Source of the DNA: Alphaproteobacteria bacterium
Lineage (GTDB): Bacteria > Pseudomonadota > Alphaproteobacteria > SP197
Assembly (NCBI GenBank): GCA_965228895.1
Contig: OZ245842.1
Location: 4,576,001-4,640,000 of the forward strand
Length of the DNA stretch: 64,000 bases
Reading direction: 5' to 3'
This document shows, one piece after another, positions 1 through 8,352 of the stretch. A program made the translations under genes and the position numbers. The notes under the pieces were generated by a model that had not been told where the DNA came from, ran no database searches, and worked only from the letters and a program-made list of their open reading frames with translations. The first letter of the stretch is position 1. Each line of letters starts with the position of its first letter.

Positions 1-234
1 GGCCGCGACCGTCGCCTTGACCGCGTCGAGATCGGTGACGTCGAGCGGGTAGGCATGGATAGCGCCATTCAGGTCCGCGGCTCGCGACGCCAGGTCGACC
101 AGCGCTTTCTCGGTTCTGGCCGACACGGCGACACACCAGCCGTCGGCCGCCATGCGCAAGGCCAACGCATGACCCAGCCCCGAACTTGCGCCGGTTATCC
201 AGGCACAGGGTTTCTTGGTATCAGCCGAGGTCAT
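1..234 (-). CDS. SDR family oxidoreductase (5' part; runs off window start)
   Basis: Manual translation from ATG at 234: MTSADTKKPCAWITGASSGLGHALALRMAADGW...PLDVTD; TGxxxGxG Rossmann motif. Not in ORF track because it is truncated. Confidence 0.9.
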   Translation of the reverse strand, partial: MTSADTKKPCAWITGASSGLGHALALRMAADGWCVAVSARTEKALVDLASRAADLNGAIHAYPLDVTDLDAVKATVAA

Positions 235-910
235 CGCTTGCACGCCGCCGATAGACGACCTCGCCACCACGGCCCTCGAATGTGAACTTCACCCATTCGC
301 CGCTGGCCGTGTACCAAAGCTTGGCGTCCAAGTCGCCCGACACGTCGTAACGCATGGTCTCGACTGTCTGCCCGGCGACAGCGATCGTCTCGCCGCCGAG
401 GTTTGTCACGTCGACCGTGATCAGGCGGCCCGATTGGGTGTCCAGCAACTGCGGTCGGTCGACCAGGGCGATGTTCCAATAGCTGGTCGGAACGACGTTC
501 AACGGCGCGACGTAACTGCCGCTGGAACTCTCGACAAGAAATCCATCATCGCCTGCTTGGCCGCGAAGCCAATGCTTCTCGCCGTTGTCATTGGTCGTTG
601 TCTCGATGGCGACCAACCCCCCGTCACGCCAGATTTCCGTGTTCTCGTGCTCGTAGCGGAAGACCGTGATGAAGGCCACCTTGACCTCCAAGGTAATCGC
701 GATGTCGACTTGCAAATCACCGTCCACTTGTCGAAACGTGACGCTGTGATGGCCAATCGGCTCGCCTTCGCGCAGCACGTCGAACGAAAGGTTCGGGCCC
801 TGGGCATGACCGGTTCCAGGCGCGGCAGCCCAGGCAACCGCAACCATCGTGGCAAACGCCAGCGTGAGAACGACGATGTTGGTTCGCGTCCGACAAATCT
901 GTTCGTTCAT
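221..910 (-). CDS. Exported protein, DUF6134-like
   Basis: Signal peptide, then FDVLREGEPIGHHSVTF ... FRYEHENTEIWRDG ... PTSYWN ... LLDTQSG ... LWY pattern; overlaps the SDR start. Confidence 0.75.
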   Translation of the reverse strand: MNEQICRTRTNIVVLTLAFATMVAVAWAAAPGTGHAQGPNLSFDVLREGEPIGHHSVTFRQVDGDLQVDIAITLEVKVAFITVFRYEHENTEIWRDGGLVAIETTTNDNGEKHWLRGQAGDDGFLVESSSGSYVAPLNVVPTSYWNIALVDRPQLLDTQSGRLITVDVTNLGGETIAVAGQTVETMRYDVSGDLDAKLWYTASGEWVKFTFEGRGGEVVYRRRASDDLG

Positions 911-964
911 GATGGTTTTACGGCAGTTTCCGCGTGCTGGATCGGCAATGATCCGTTCAGGCGA

Positions 965-1393
965 TCACCGCGCCGCCGCCTTCTTGTCGCGATGGTAGGT
1001 CAGCGCCGACGCGATGCAGGAGGCCACGATTTCGGTCGGCAAAGGATCGTTCTTGTCGAAAACGATGGCGCGATTGCCTTCGAACGTCAGGTTATCGCCG
1101 AACTGCGCGCGGAACGTTTCGACCAGGCTGGTGTTGCAGTTGAAATAGAGCGCATAGCGCGTCGGCATCGCCTTTTTCCAGCCGATCCGGATCGTGCTGC
1201 CGCTTTTCGACGCCTCGGTCAGATAGGCCGGCTCGCCCCATTTGAGCGTCTCCGTCAGCGGCCCGACGCCCTCGATGGCGTCGGCGGTCTCAAAAATCAG
1301 TTCGCGTAGGATCAGCATGCCCGGGCGAACGGCCGCGGGCGCGGCACCGAAGGCCGCGGAGACCGATCGTTCGATTGATGGTGCCATGGGCAT
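965..1393 (-). CDS. DUF1801 (YdhG-like) domain protein
   Basis: LRELIFETA...ETLKWGEPAY...GSTIRIGW...FNCNTSLVETF...FEGNRAI. Confidence 0.85.
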   Translation of the reverse strand: MPMAPSIERSVSAAFGAAPAAVRPGMLILRELIFETADAIEGVGPLTETLKWGEPAYLTEASKSGSTIRIGWKKAMPTRYALYFNCNTSLVETFRAQFGDNLTFEGNRAIVFDKNDPLPTEIVASCIASALTYHRDKKAAAR

Positions 1394-1496
1394 CACACGG
1401 TGATCCGTTCAGCGTGGATACCCTAGCACAGGCTAGGCCCTGCTCGCCGCCCCCGGACCGTGCCGAAGGACGGCGCGCAGTCATTGGCGCCTTCTA

Positions 1497-1706
1497 TCAG
1501 TTGCGGTTTCTGCCGCGCCGAACCACAAAGGCAACAAGGGCGACCAGACCGATGACAGCGGCCAGGATCGGCAACGCTTCAATGACGGCGTCGCCAAAAT
1601 GCCAGTGCGGCGCGCCGGCCGCCTCGTGGGCATGGGCGGAGAGTGCGAAAAGGCCCGGCAGAACCATGGCAAGGGTGGCGGCAATCAATCGGTTGAACAA
1701 CGTCAT
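1497..1706 (-). CDS. Small exported/membrane-anchored His-rich peptide
   Basis: Good SD (AAAGGA); signal peptide ending AHA, then HEAAGAPHWH, one hydrophobic helix and a basic tail RRGRNRN; 44 bp downstream of the ureohydrolase. Confidence 0.7.
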   Translation of the reverse strand: MTLFNRLIAATLAMVLPGLFALSAHAHEAAGAPHWHFGDAVIEALPILAAVIGLVALVAFVVRRGRNRN

Positions 1707-1750
1707 CGTGGTCTGTCCTTTCTGTTTCCAGGGGTTGGTAGGGGTTGGGT

Positions 1751-2935
1751 TCAGTCTGACATCACCTGGTCGCGGTGGCCGAGTTTGCCTTCGACGACCA
1801 TGGTGCCGAGGGTATCCAGGATCACCCGGCAGGCGAGCTGGGCGGTGTTGTCGTTAACGTCATAGGGCGGCGATACCTCGACCACCTCCATGCCGCACAG
1901 GCCTTCGCGCGCGATCAATCGCACCATTTCCAAGGCCTCGCGCGGCGTGAAACCGCCTGGCTCCGGCGTGCCCGTTCCCGGTGCGAAACCGGGGTCGATG
2001 GAATCGATGTCGAACGACAGGTAGACCGCCTTGGCGCCTTTCCAGGCGAGCTCCAACGCCATCTCGGCGGCTTTCTTGACGCCCAGTTCCTCCACATCGG
2101 TCATGGTCATGACGCTGGTGCCGCGCTCGTTGGCGACCTCCGAACCGCGCCTGGAGCCGTACCAGCCGCCGATGCCGATCTGCACCAGATTCTTCGGCGG
2201 ACAGTTGGCGAGACCGACGTCGTGCATGTGGGTGTGGGCATGATGGGACGAGCTCTTGTCGACGCTCTCGTGGCCATGGGACGTCCAGTACCAGGGCGTC
2301 GTGTGCATGCGCTCGTCCATATCCATGTCGGCCATGTCGATGTGGCGGTCGAAATGGATGATGCCGACATTGCCGTCGATATGGGGCGCGATGCCGCGCA
2401 CGTTGGGATAGCCGAGCGAATGATCGCCGCCGACCAGGATCGGGAAGGCGCCGGACGTATAGACGTGGGAGACGGCGAGGCTGACCTGATCGAACGTCTT
2501 CTCGATGTTGCCGGGGATGACGAAGATGTCGCCGGCATCGCACATGTCGAGCTCTTCGGGCAGGTCGACGCCGCCGTCGACCGAATAACCGTCATAGACT
2601 GCCGAGATGCGCCTGACCGCCTGCGGCCCGAAGCGGGTGCCCGGGCGATAGGTGGTGCCGGTATCGAACGGCACGCCAACGAAGGCGGCCTCATAGTCGC
2701 CGACCTTCTTGATGTCCTCGCAATAGGTTGACTTCATAAAGGTGTTGATGCCGGCGAAGGCCGGGAGGTGGCCGCGACTGAACAGCGAGATCGTCCGGTC
2801 GTGGATCGAATCCGCGGCTTCCAGGCCCAATTCCAGGGTCCTGGCGATCTCTTCGTCCTGTTTGGTCTGGGAGATCTTGCCCAGGCGCTTCAGGTTGCGG
2901 TTGCCGCGAAACTCTCCCGACTTCGGATCAGGCAT
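1751..2935 (-). CDS. Ureohydrolase (agmatinase family), guanidinase/GdmH-like clade
   Basis: GGDHS, DRHID, SFDIDSID, PGTGTPEPGG, EVSPPYD; N-terminal extension LELGLEAADSIHDRTISLFSRG...FAGINTF; SD GAGGGGG before ATG 2935. Confidence 0.9.
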   Translation of the reverse strand: MPDPKSGEFRGNRNLKRLGKISQTKQDEEIARTLELGLEAADSIHDRTISLFSRGHLPAFAGINTFMKSTYCEDIKKVGDYEAAFVGVPFDTGTTYRPGTRFGPQAVRRISAVYDGYSVDGGVDLPEELDMCDAGDIFVIPGNIEKTFDQVSLAVSHVYTSGAFPILVGGDHSLGYPNVRGIAPHIDGNVGIIHFDRHIDMADMDMDERMHTTPWYWTSHGHESVDKSSSHHAHTHMHDVGLANCPPKNLVQIGIGGWYGSRRGSEVANERGTSVMTMTDVEELGVKKAAEMALELAWKGAKAVYLSFDIDSIDPGFAPGTGTPEPGGFTPREALEMVRLIAREGLCGMEVVEVSPPYDVNDNTAQLACRVILDTLGTMVVEGKLGHRDQVMSD

Positions 2936-2987
2936 GATGCTCCCCCTCATGACGTTATCGTTCTTGGTCCCGCACGCTAGTGTCTGC

Positions 2988-3030
2988 TGGCGATTGCATC
3001 AATCGCCATATGGTCAATGCGGTGCATTGA
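2988..3030. promoter_or_regulatory. Two adjacent palindromes in the divergent promoter region
   Basis: TGGCGATTG-cat-CAATCGCCA (2988-3008) and TCAATGC-ggt-GCATTGA (3014-3030). Confidence 0.5.
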
Positions 3031-3107
3031 TCGCGGACGACATAGCCCTCTGCGGTTCAGTCGACTAGGTTTCCTGGATTGATTGGAACAACGGCCTTTG
3101 AGAAACC

Positions 3108-4523
3108 ATGGGCGTGAAACGTCTCATCCGGAACGCCTGCGTGATCTCCGTCGACCCGGAGATCGGCACCAAGCGTCGCGCCGACATCCTGATCGAAGAT
3201 GACCGCATCGCCGCGGTCGGATCCGATCTTGGTGTCGACGATGCCGAGACGATCGATGCCGGCGGCATGATCGCCATGCCCGGCCTTGTCTGTTGTCACC
3301 GGCATCTTTGGATGACGCTGCTGCGTGGCTTCATCTCCGACGGCACGTGGTCGAGCTATCTGGTCGAGACCTTTTGGGGCCGCCGGCCGCTCTATCGGCC
3401 CGAAGACAACCACATCGCATCCTATGCCGGCGCGCTGGAGGCAATCGATGCGGGCGTCACCACGGTGCTGGATTTCCACGATTGCAGCGTTCGCGAAGGC
3501 CTTGCCGATGCCAGTCTTGACGCTCTCGAAAAAAGCGGCCTGCGCGCCGTCTTTGCCTATGGGCTCGAAGGGCCGCCTGACTTCGGCGGCGCAGGCAGCG
3601 CCGAGGCAATGGCGCCGGCCCTGCCCTGGCACCGTGACGAGGCCAAACGTCTGCGCGGCGAACGGCTTGGCAGCGATGACGCCCTGGTCACCATGGGCAT
3701 CACCGCGCGCAATCTCGAGTTTCTCCCCTTCGCCTGCGCGAAGCACGATCTGGGCCTCGCCCGCGACCTCGGCGTGCGCACCGTGACCACCCATGCCGGT
3801 TCCGGCGCGCTGAGCAAGGGGGCGACCCTTGTCGACAACCTGCGGGACCACGATCTTCTGGGGCCGGACATCCTGTTTTCCCACGGCCAGAGCTTCACCG
3901 ACGACGAGCTCGATATCCTGGCGGCCACGGGCGTGAAGATCGTGGTGTCCGTCGAGAGCGAGCTGGGCCAAGGCGCCGATCCCGTCACCTGGCGCGCCCT
4001 TCAGCATGGTGTCACGGTGAGCCTGGGCGCCGATTCCGTCGGCAGCCTGGCCGGCGACATGTTTCGCCATATGCAGATGACGCTGAAAGTCGGGCGCGGC
4101 TCACGGGCGCGGCTTATGGATCAGCAGGGCATCGCGCCGACGGATGTGGCGCTCACGACCCGCGACATGCTGGAGATCGCCACCATGGGCGGCGCTCGCT
4201 CCCTGCGCCTGGAAGACAGGATCGGCAGCCTGACGCCCGGCAAACAGGCCGACATCATCCTGCTGTCGCGCAAGCGGGTCGGCATGATGTCCGGCGCCGA
4301 TCCCGAACAGATCGCGGTCCTGCAGGCCAACGGCGGCGACGTCGATACGGTGCTGGTGGCCGGGCGGGTGCTGAAGCGCCACGGCGTTCTGCTGGAGGCC
4401 GACCTGGATACCGTTGCGTGCGACCTCGAGGCGTCGCGTGCCTATCTCGACGACGCCTATGAGCGCCTTGATACAGACATCATGTGGGATGCCTATAACG
4501 CCAAGGTGGCCGCGGCATCCTAG
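3108..4523 (+). CDS. Amidohydrolase family protein (SsnA/MTA-deaminase-like)
   Basis: PGLVCCHRHLW (HxH), AGVTTVLD, THAG, SHG, SLGADS, IGSLTPGKQADI. Confidence 0.9.
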   Translation: MGVKRLIRNACVISVDPEIGTKRRADILIEDDRIAAVGSDLGVDDAETIDAGGMIAMPGLVCCHRHLWMTLLRGFISDGTWSSYLVETFWGRRPLYRPEDNHIASYAGALEAIDAGVTTVLDFHDCSVREGLADASLDALEKSGLRAVFAYGLEGPPDFGGAGSAEAMAPALPWHRDEAKRLRGERLGSDDALVTMGITARNLEFLPFACAKHDLGLARDLGVRTVTTHAGSGALSKGATLVDNLRDHDLLGPDILFSHGQSFTDDELDILAATGVKIVVSVESELGQGADPVTWRALQHGVTVSLGADSVGSLAGDMFRHMQMTLKVGRGSRARLMDQQGIAPTDVALTTRDMLEIATMGGARSLRLEDRIGSLTPGKQADIILLSRKRVGMMSGADPEQIAVLQANGGDVDTVLVAGRVLKRHGVLLEADLDTVACDLEASRAYLDDAYERLDTDIMWDAYNAKVAAAS

Positions 4524-4540
4524 ATACAGGGGCCGTTCTG

Positions 4541-5971
4541 TCAGCCAACCTGAACCGGGATGGCGAGCGCTCGTTCGATCAAGGCACGGGCGGCGCCTTC
4601 GCCTTCCTGAAGCGAGCGGCCGAAGGCGAGCAGCTGTTCGTCGGCCCAGGACCGCGCAACAATCTGAACGCAGACCGGTAGCCCGTCCTTGCCGATACCG
4701 ACCGGCACGACGAGGACGGGTGACGCGGTCAACGAGAACGGCGTCGTATAGGCGATCGCCCGCCAAAAGAACGCCTCGTCCAGCGTCTCGCCGTGGCGCG
4801 GCGCCACGGTCGGCGCGGCCGGGCAGACCAGGAAATCATAGGTCTCGAACAGCCGGTTGACGGTCAGGCGGAACGCCTCCCAGCGGCTCATCAGGACAAT
4901 GAAGTCGCTGGCCGGCCGCTCGTCCAGCTTGCCGACGCTCTCAAGCCAGAACGCCATCGAGGGCGACATGGCGTCGAGACCGGTCACAGTGTCGACCGCT
5001 TGGCGCAGAAGATGACCGGCATCGGCGCTGAACAGGCCATAGGCGATGTCACCGCCTTCGGCGAACAGCGCATCGAGATCAGGCGTGTCGACGACATAAG
5101 ACGGCTCTAACGCCGCGCCAAAAGCCTTGATGGCCTCGACGATTTCCGGCTCCGGCGGCGCTGTCGGGCTGCCGGTGGATAAGGCAATTCTGACGCCGCC
5201 CGGGCGTGGTGGCGCCGCGCGCCCGATGATGCCGTCGGTCTTGGGATCGTCGGGGTCGGGACCGCCGATTACCTGAAAGACCAGTTCCAGGTCGCGGACG
5301 CTGCGGGCAAGCGGGGCAATCCGGCACATCTGCCCCTTCATGCCCGAACAGCCGAAGAGGTAACCGGCCGACGAGACCCTGCCCAACGAGGGGCGGTGGG
5401 CGAACAGGCCACAGCAATGGGCGGTGTTGCGGCTGCCGCCGCCGAAATCGCTGCCGATGACGACGGGAAGGGCCCGGGCCTTGACCAAGGCCGCGCCGCC
5501 GCCCGTGCTGCCACCGGGCGATCGGGCGCGATCGATCGGATTGTTGGTGCGCCCGTAGATCAGGTTATCGGTCTCGATCGAGGTGCCGAGTTCCGGCGTG
5601 TTGGTCAGGCCGAGCAGGACACTGCCGGCCGCGTCGAGCCGGTTGACCACCGTGGCGCTGAGCGAGGAGACATGATTGGCATGGCCCATCGTGCCGAAGG
5701 TCGTGATCCAGCCCTCGACCTCCAGACAATCCTTGACCGCATAGGGCAGACCCCAGAACGGACCCGCCGACGGGTTCCGGTCGCGATCCGACGCCACGTC
5801 AAGGGACCAATCGGGCCGCTGCTGCACCATGCCGTTGATCGCCGGCTCCACAGCATCCAAGCGGTCAAGATGGGCGGCAATGACCTCGCGGCTGCTAGCG
5901 TCGCCGCGCGCCAGAAGATCGCCGAGGGCGACAAGATCAAGGTCAAACAGATCCACCGGCGCCTCCGGCAA
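4541..5971 (-). CDS. Amidase signature family protein
   Basis: GLPYAVKD, TNTPE, GRTNNP, SPGGSTGG, GSDFGGGSR, GLPVCVQ. Confidence 0.88.
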   Translation of the reverse strand: MPEAPVDLFDLDLVALGDLLARGDASSREVIAAHLDRLDAVEPAINGMVQQRPDWSLDVASDRDRNPSAGPFWGLPYAVKDCLEVEGWITTFGTMGHANHVSSLSATVVNRLDAAGSVLLGLTNTPELGTSIETDNLIYGRTNNPIDRARSPGGSTGGGAALVKARALPVVIGSDFGGGSRNTAHCCGLFAHRPSLGRVSSAGYLFGCSGMKGQMCRIAPLARSVRDLELVFQVIGGPDPDDPKTDGIIGRAAPPRPGGVRIALSTGSPTAPPEPEIVEAIKAFGAALEPSYVVDTPDLDALFAEGGDIAYGLFSADAGHLLRQAVDTVTGLDAMSPSMAFWLESVGKLDERPASDFIVLMSRWEAFRLTVNRLFETYDFLVCPAAPTVAPRHGETLDEAFFWRAIAYTTPFSLTASPVLVVPVGIGKDGLPVCVQIVARSWADEQLLAFGRSLQEGEGAARALIERALAIPVQVG

Positions 5972-6196
5972 TTCACAGAATCACGTCCGAATCCCAAGGC
6001 GTCCATCCTGCCATCCGCGGCCGACACCTGTCTTGTTTCGCGCGCTCTCGGTCGGTGAACCGGGGCAGAAAAATCTCATTTATATGCACTCCGCATTAAT
6101 AAGAAACAACACTCGTGTCGTGCCTATGTCGTCTGACGGAAGAGCATACGACGGCGGGTTCAAAGGCACGAAAACCTGCTTGCGCCCAACAAAGGA

Positions 6197-6231
6197 ATCT
6201 GTATAGTACGTTTAATACGTACTATACAGAT
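6197..6231. promoter_or_regulatory. Perfect 15-bp inverted repeat (probable operator)
   Basis: ATCTGTATAGTACGT-ttaat-ACGTACTATACAGAT directly upstream of the HTH gene. Confidence 0.75.
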
Positions 6232-6241
6232 GCACACTAGG

Positions 6242-6757
6242 ATGAGTGACACTCAGGTTCGATATCAGCTCTCGGTTAGGGATACCGCCAGCCAGCTGGG
6301 GATCAGCGAGGGCGCTGTACGACAGCGTATACGCCGTGGATCGCTTGAGGCACGGCGCAAAGGCCGGCGCGTTCTGGTGCTGCTGACCGAAGCCGACGTG
6401 GCCGCCGAGGATTATCAAGACGACGACGGACCAGACCATACTGTACGTATTGTACAGGACCTCGATGAGGTCGCCCCGCCGCGCCAGAACGGCGCGGTCA
6501 GCCGCGCCGAACTCGACCAAGCCAACGCCGCCTATGACGACCTGGCGGAGGCCTGGGCACGCGACCTGCGCCGCCAGCTCGAGCGCTTGGAGCAGGAGGT
6601 CGAGCGTCTGCTGAAGGAGCTCAGCGAGACGCGTGAGCGCCACGCCGAGGAGATGCGGCGCAAGGACATTCTGTTGCAGGGCAACCAGGAAGCCCTGATG
6701 ACATCGATCGCGCGGATTGCCGGTCCCGCCGCCCAGACGCCGCCTGAGTCAGAGTAA
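6242..6757 (+). CDS. HTH (excisionase/MerR-like) plus coiled-coil protein
   Basis: LSVRDTASQLGISEGAVRQRIRRGSL; acidic linker; heptad region LRRQLERLEQEVERLLKEL. Alternative start at 6230. Confidence 0.8.
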   Translation: MSDTQVRYQLSVRDTASQLGISEGAVRQRIRRGSLEARRKGRRVLVLLTEADVAAEDYQDDDGPDHTVRIVQDLDEVAPPRQNGAVSRAELDQANAAYDDLAEAWARDLRRQLERLEQEVERLLKELSETRERHAEEMRRKDILLQGNQEALMTSIARIAGPAAQTPPESE

Positions 6758-6820
6758 CCGAACGGTCAAACGCCAAGGCAACGCTTGCGCCAACTTCGAC
6801 CGCACGCCAAGCTCGCCCCT

Positions 6821-7255
6821 ATGAGCGGTTACATCGAGACTTATCGCGGCATGGTCACCGCCTGGAACTGTGACCACCAGGGCCACATGAACACGGTGCA
6901 GTACTACGCCATGTTCGATCAGGCGGGCTGGCACATGCTGACCCGCGCCGGCTATGGCGCCGAGCGGCTGCGCGCCGAAAAGCGCGGTTTTGTCGACGTG
7001 CATGCGGAACTCGCCTTTATCGACGAGATGATCGTCAACGATCCCGTGGTCATCATCAGCGGCGTGCGCAAAATAGGGGCATCATCGCTGACCTATCACT
7101 CGCGCATGAATCGCGGCGACGGCGGTGATCTGGTCGCCACGGCGACCACGACCACCGTCCACTTCGACCTGGAGGCCCGGGCCAAAACGCCCATCCCCGA
7201 CGACATCCGGCCGCACTTCGAGGCGCTCCTCGTGGATGACGACTTGCTGGGTTGA
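6821..7255 (+). CDS. Acyl-CoA thioesterase (4HBT/hotdog fold)
   Basis: CDHQGHMNTVQYYAMFD; KIGASSLTY. Confidence 0.85.
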   Translation: MSGYIETYRGMVTAWNCDHQGHMNTVQYYAMFDQAGWHMLTRAGYGAERLRAEKRGFVDVHAELAFIDEMIVNDPVVIISGVRKIGASSLTYHSRMNRGDGGDLVATATTTTVHFDLEARAKTPIPDDIRPHFEALLVDDDLLG

Positions 7256-7345
7256 CCGGCCTGATTGGGTCGTCGCGGAAAAGCCAACACTACCACTTAC
7301 GTTCTAGTTCCGTTCCCACCTGCCTCGGTGTAGAACCGGCCCACC

Positions 7346-8341
7346 ATGCACGGACTGGTGATCGGCAAGTTCCTCCCACCGCACAACGGGCACAAGCTGC
7401 TCGTCGACATGGCCAGCGCCATGGCCGACGAGCTCACCGTGGTCGTCTGCGCGATCGATTCCGAACCGATTGCCGGTCATCTGCGCTATGACTGGATGCG
7501 CCAGACCTGCCCAAAGGCCCATGTGCTGTTGCAGGATTGGCCCATCCCGCAGGAACCGCACGAGCATCCGGACTTCTGGAGTATCTGGCGCGACACCCTG
7601 AGACTCCATGCGCCCGCCGGCATCGATCTCGTATTCGGCTCGGACCCCTATGTCGCCCGGCTGGCCGAGGAGCTTGACGCCCGTCACGTCCCGGTCGACC
7701 CGGAACGGACCCTGGTCCCGGTCTCAGGCTCGGCGATCCGGGACGATCCGATGACCAACTGGGACTATCTGGTACCCGCCGCGCGCGCCCATTTTGCCAA
7801 GCGCGTCTGTATCTTCGGCCCGGAATCGACCGGCAAGACGACGCTGGCCCGCCAGTTGGCCCGGCACTTCGACACGGTTTGGGTGCATGAATATGGCCGT
7901 GTTTTTCTCGACACCGTGGATCGCGACTGCACCCTCGACGATATCCGTCTGTTTGCGCGTGCCCAGCCGGCCACGGAAGACGCCTTGGCGCACCAGGCGA
8001 ACCGGGTCTTGTTCTGCGATACCGATCCCTTGACCACCGTCATCTGGTCACGCGCCTTGCTCGGCACATGCCCTGACGAGGTTCTTGGTGCCGCCGCGCA
8101 GCGCCGCTATGATCTGACCCTGCTGCTCGACGACGACGTCCCGTTTGTGCCGGACTCCCAGCGCTATCTGCCGGATCGCAGGCAAGTCGACCTCGCAACC
8201 TTCCGCGAGGCGCTGGATGCTCACGCCCGCCCCTATTGTCTGATTTCCGGTGATTGGGATCAGCGTTTTCGTCGCGCCGTTCTGGCCGTCGAGGATCTGG
8301 TACGGCCGAAACGCCCCGATCCGGTCGATGTGACGCTCTGA
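7346..8341 (+). CDS. nadR: NadR-like NMN adenylyltransferase / ribosylnicotinamide kinase (no HTH)
   Basis: GKFLPPHNGH (HxGH), VSGSAIR, P-loop GPESTGKTT, EYGR, FCDTD. Confidence 0.85.
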   Translation: MHGLVIGKFLPPHNGHKLLVDMASAMADELTVVVCAIDSEPIAGHLRYDWMRQTCPKAHVLLQDWPIPQEPHEHPDFWSIWRDTLRLHAPAGIDLVFGSDPYVARLAEELDARHVPVDPERTLVPVSGSAIRDDPMTNWDYLVPAARAHFAKRVCIFGPESTGKTTLARQLARHFDTVWVHEYGRVFLDTVDRDCTLDDIRLFARAQPATEDALAHQANRVLFCDTDPLTTVIWSRALLGTCPDEVLGAAAQRRYDLTLLLDDDVPFVPDSQRYLPDRRQVDLATFREALDAHARPYCLISGDWDQRFRRAVLAVEDLVRPKRPDPVDVTL

Positions 8342-8352
8342 TCTGGGCCGCA

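Noticed and set aside
2936-3107. Guanidine riboswitch upstream of the ureohydrolase
   Set aside because: No paired ACGR tetraloop hairpins or ykkC-I signature could be identified by eye; needs an Infernal search.
6441-6457. LexA box (CTGT-N8-ACAG)
   Set aside because: Spacer is 9 nt, and alphaproteobacterial LexA uses a GTTC-N7-GTTC direct repeat.
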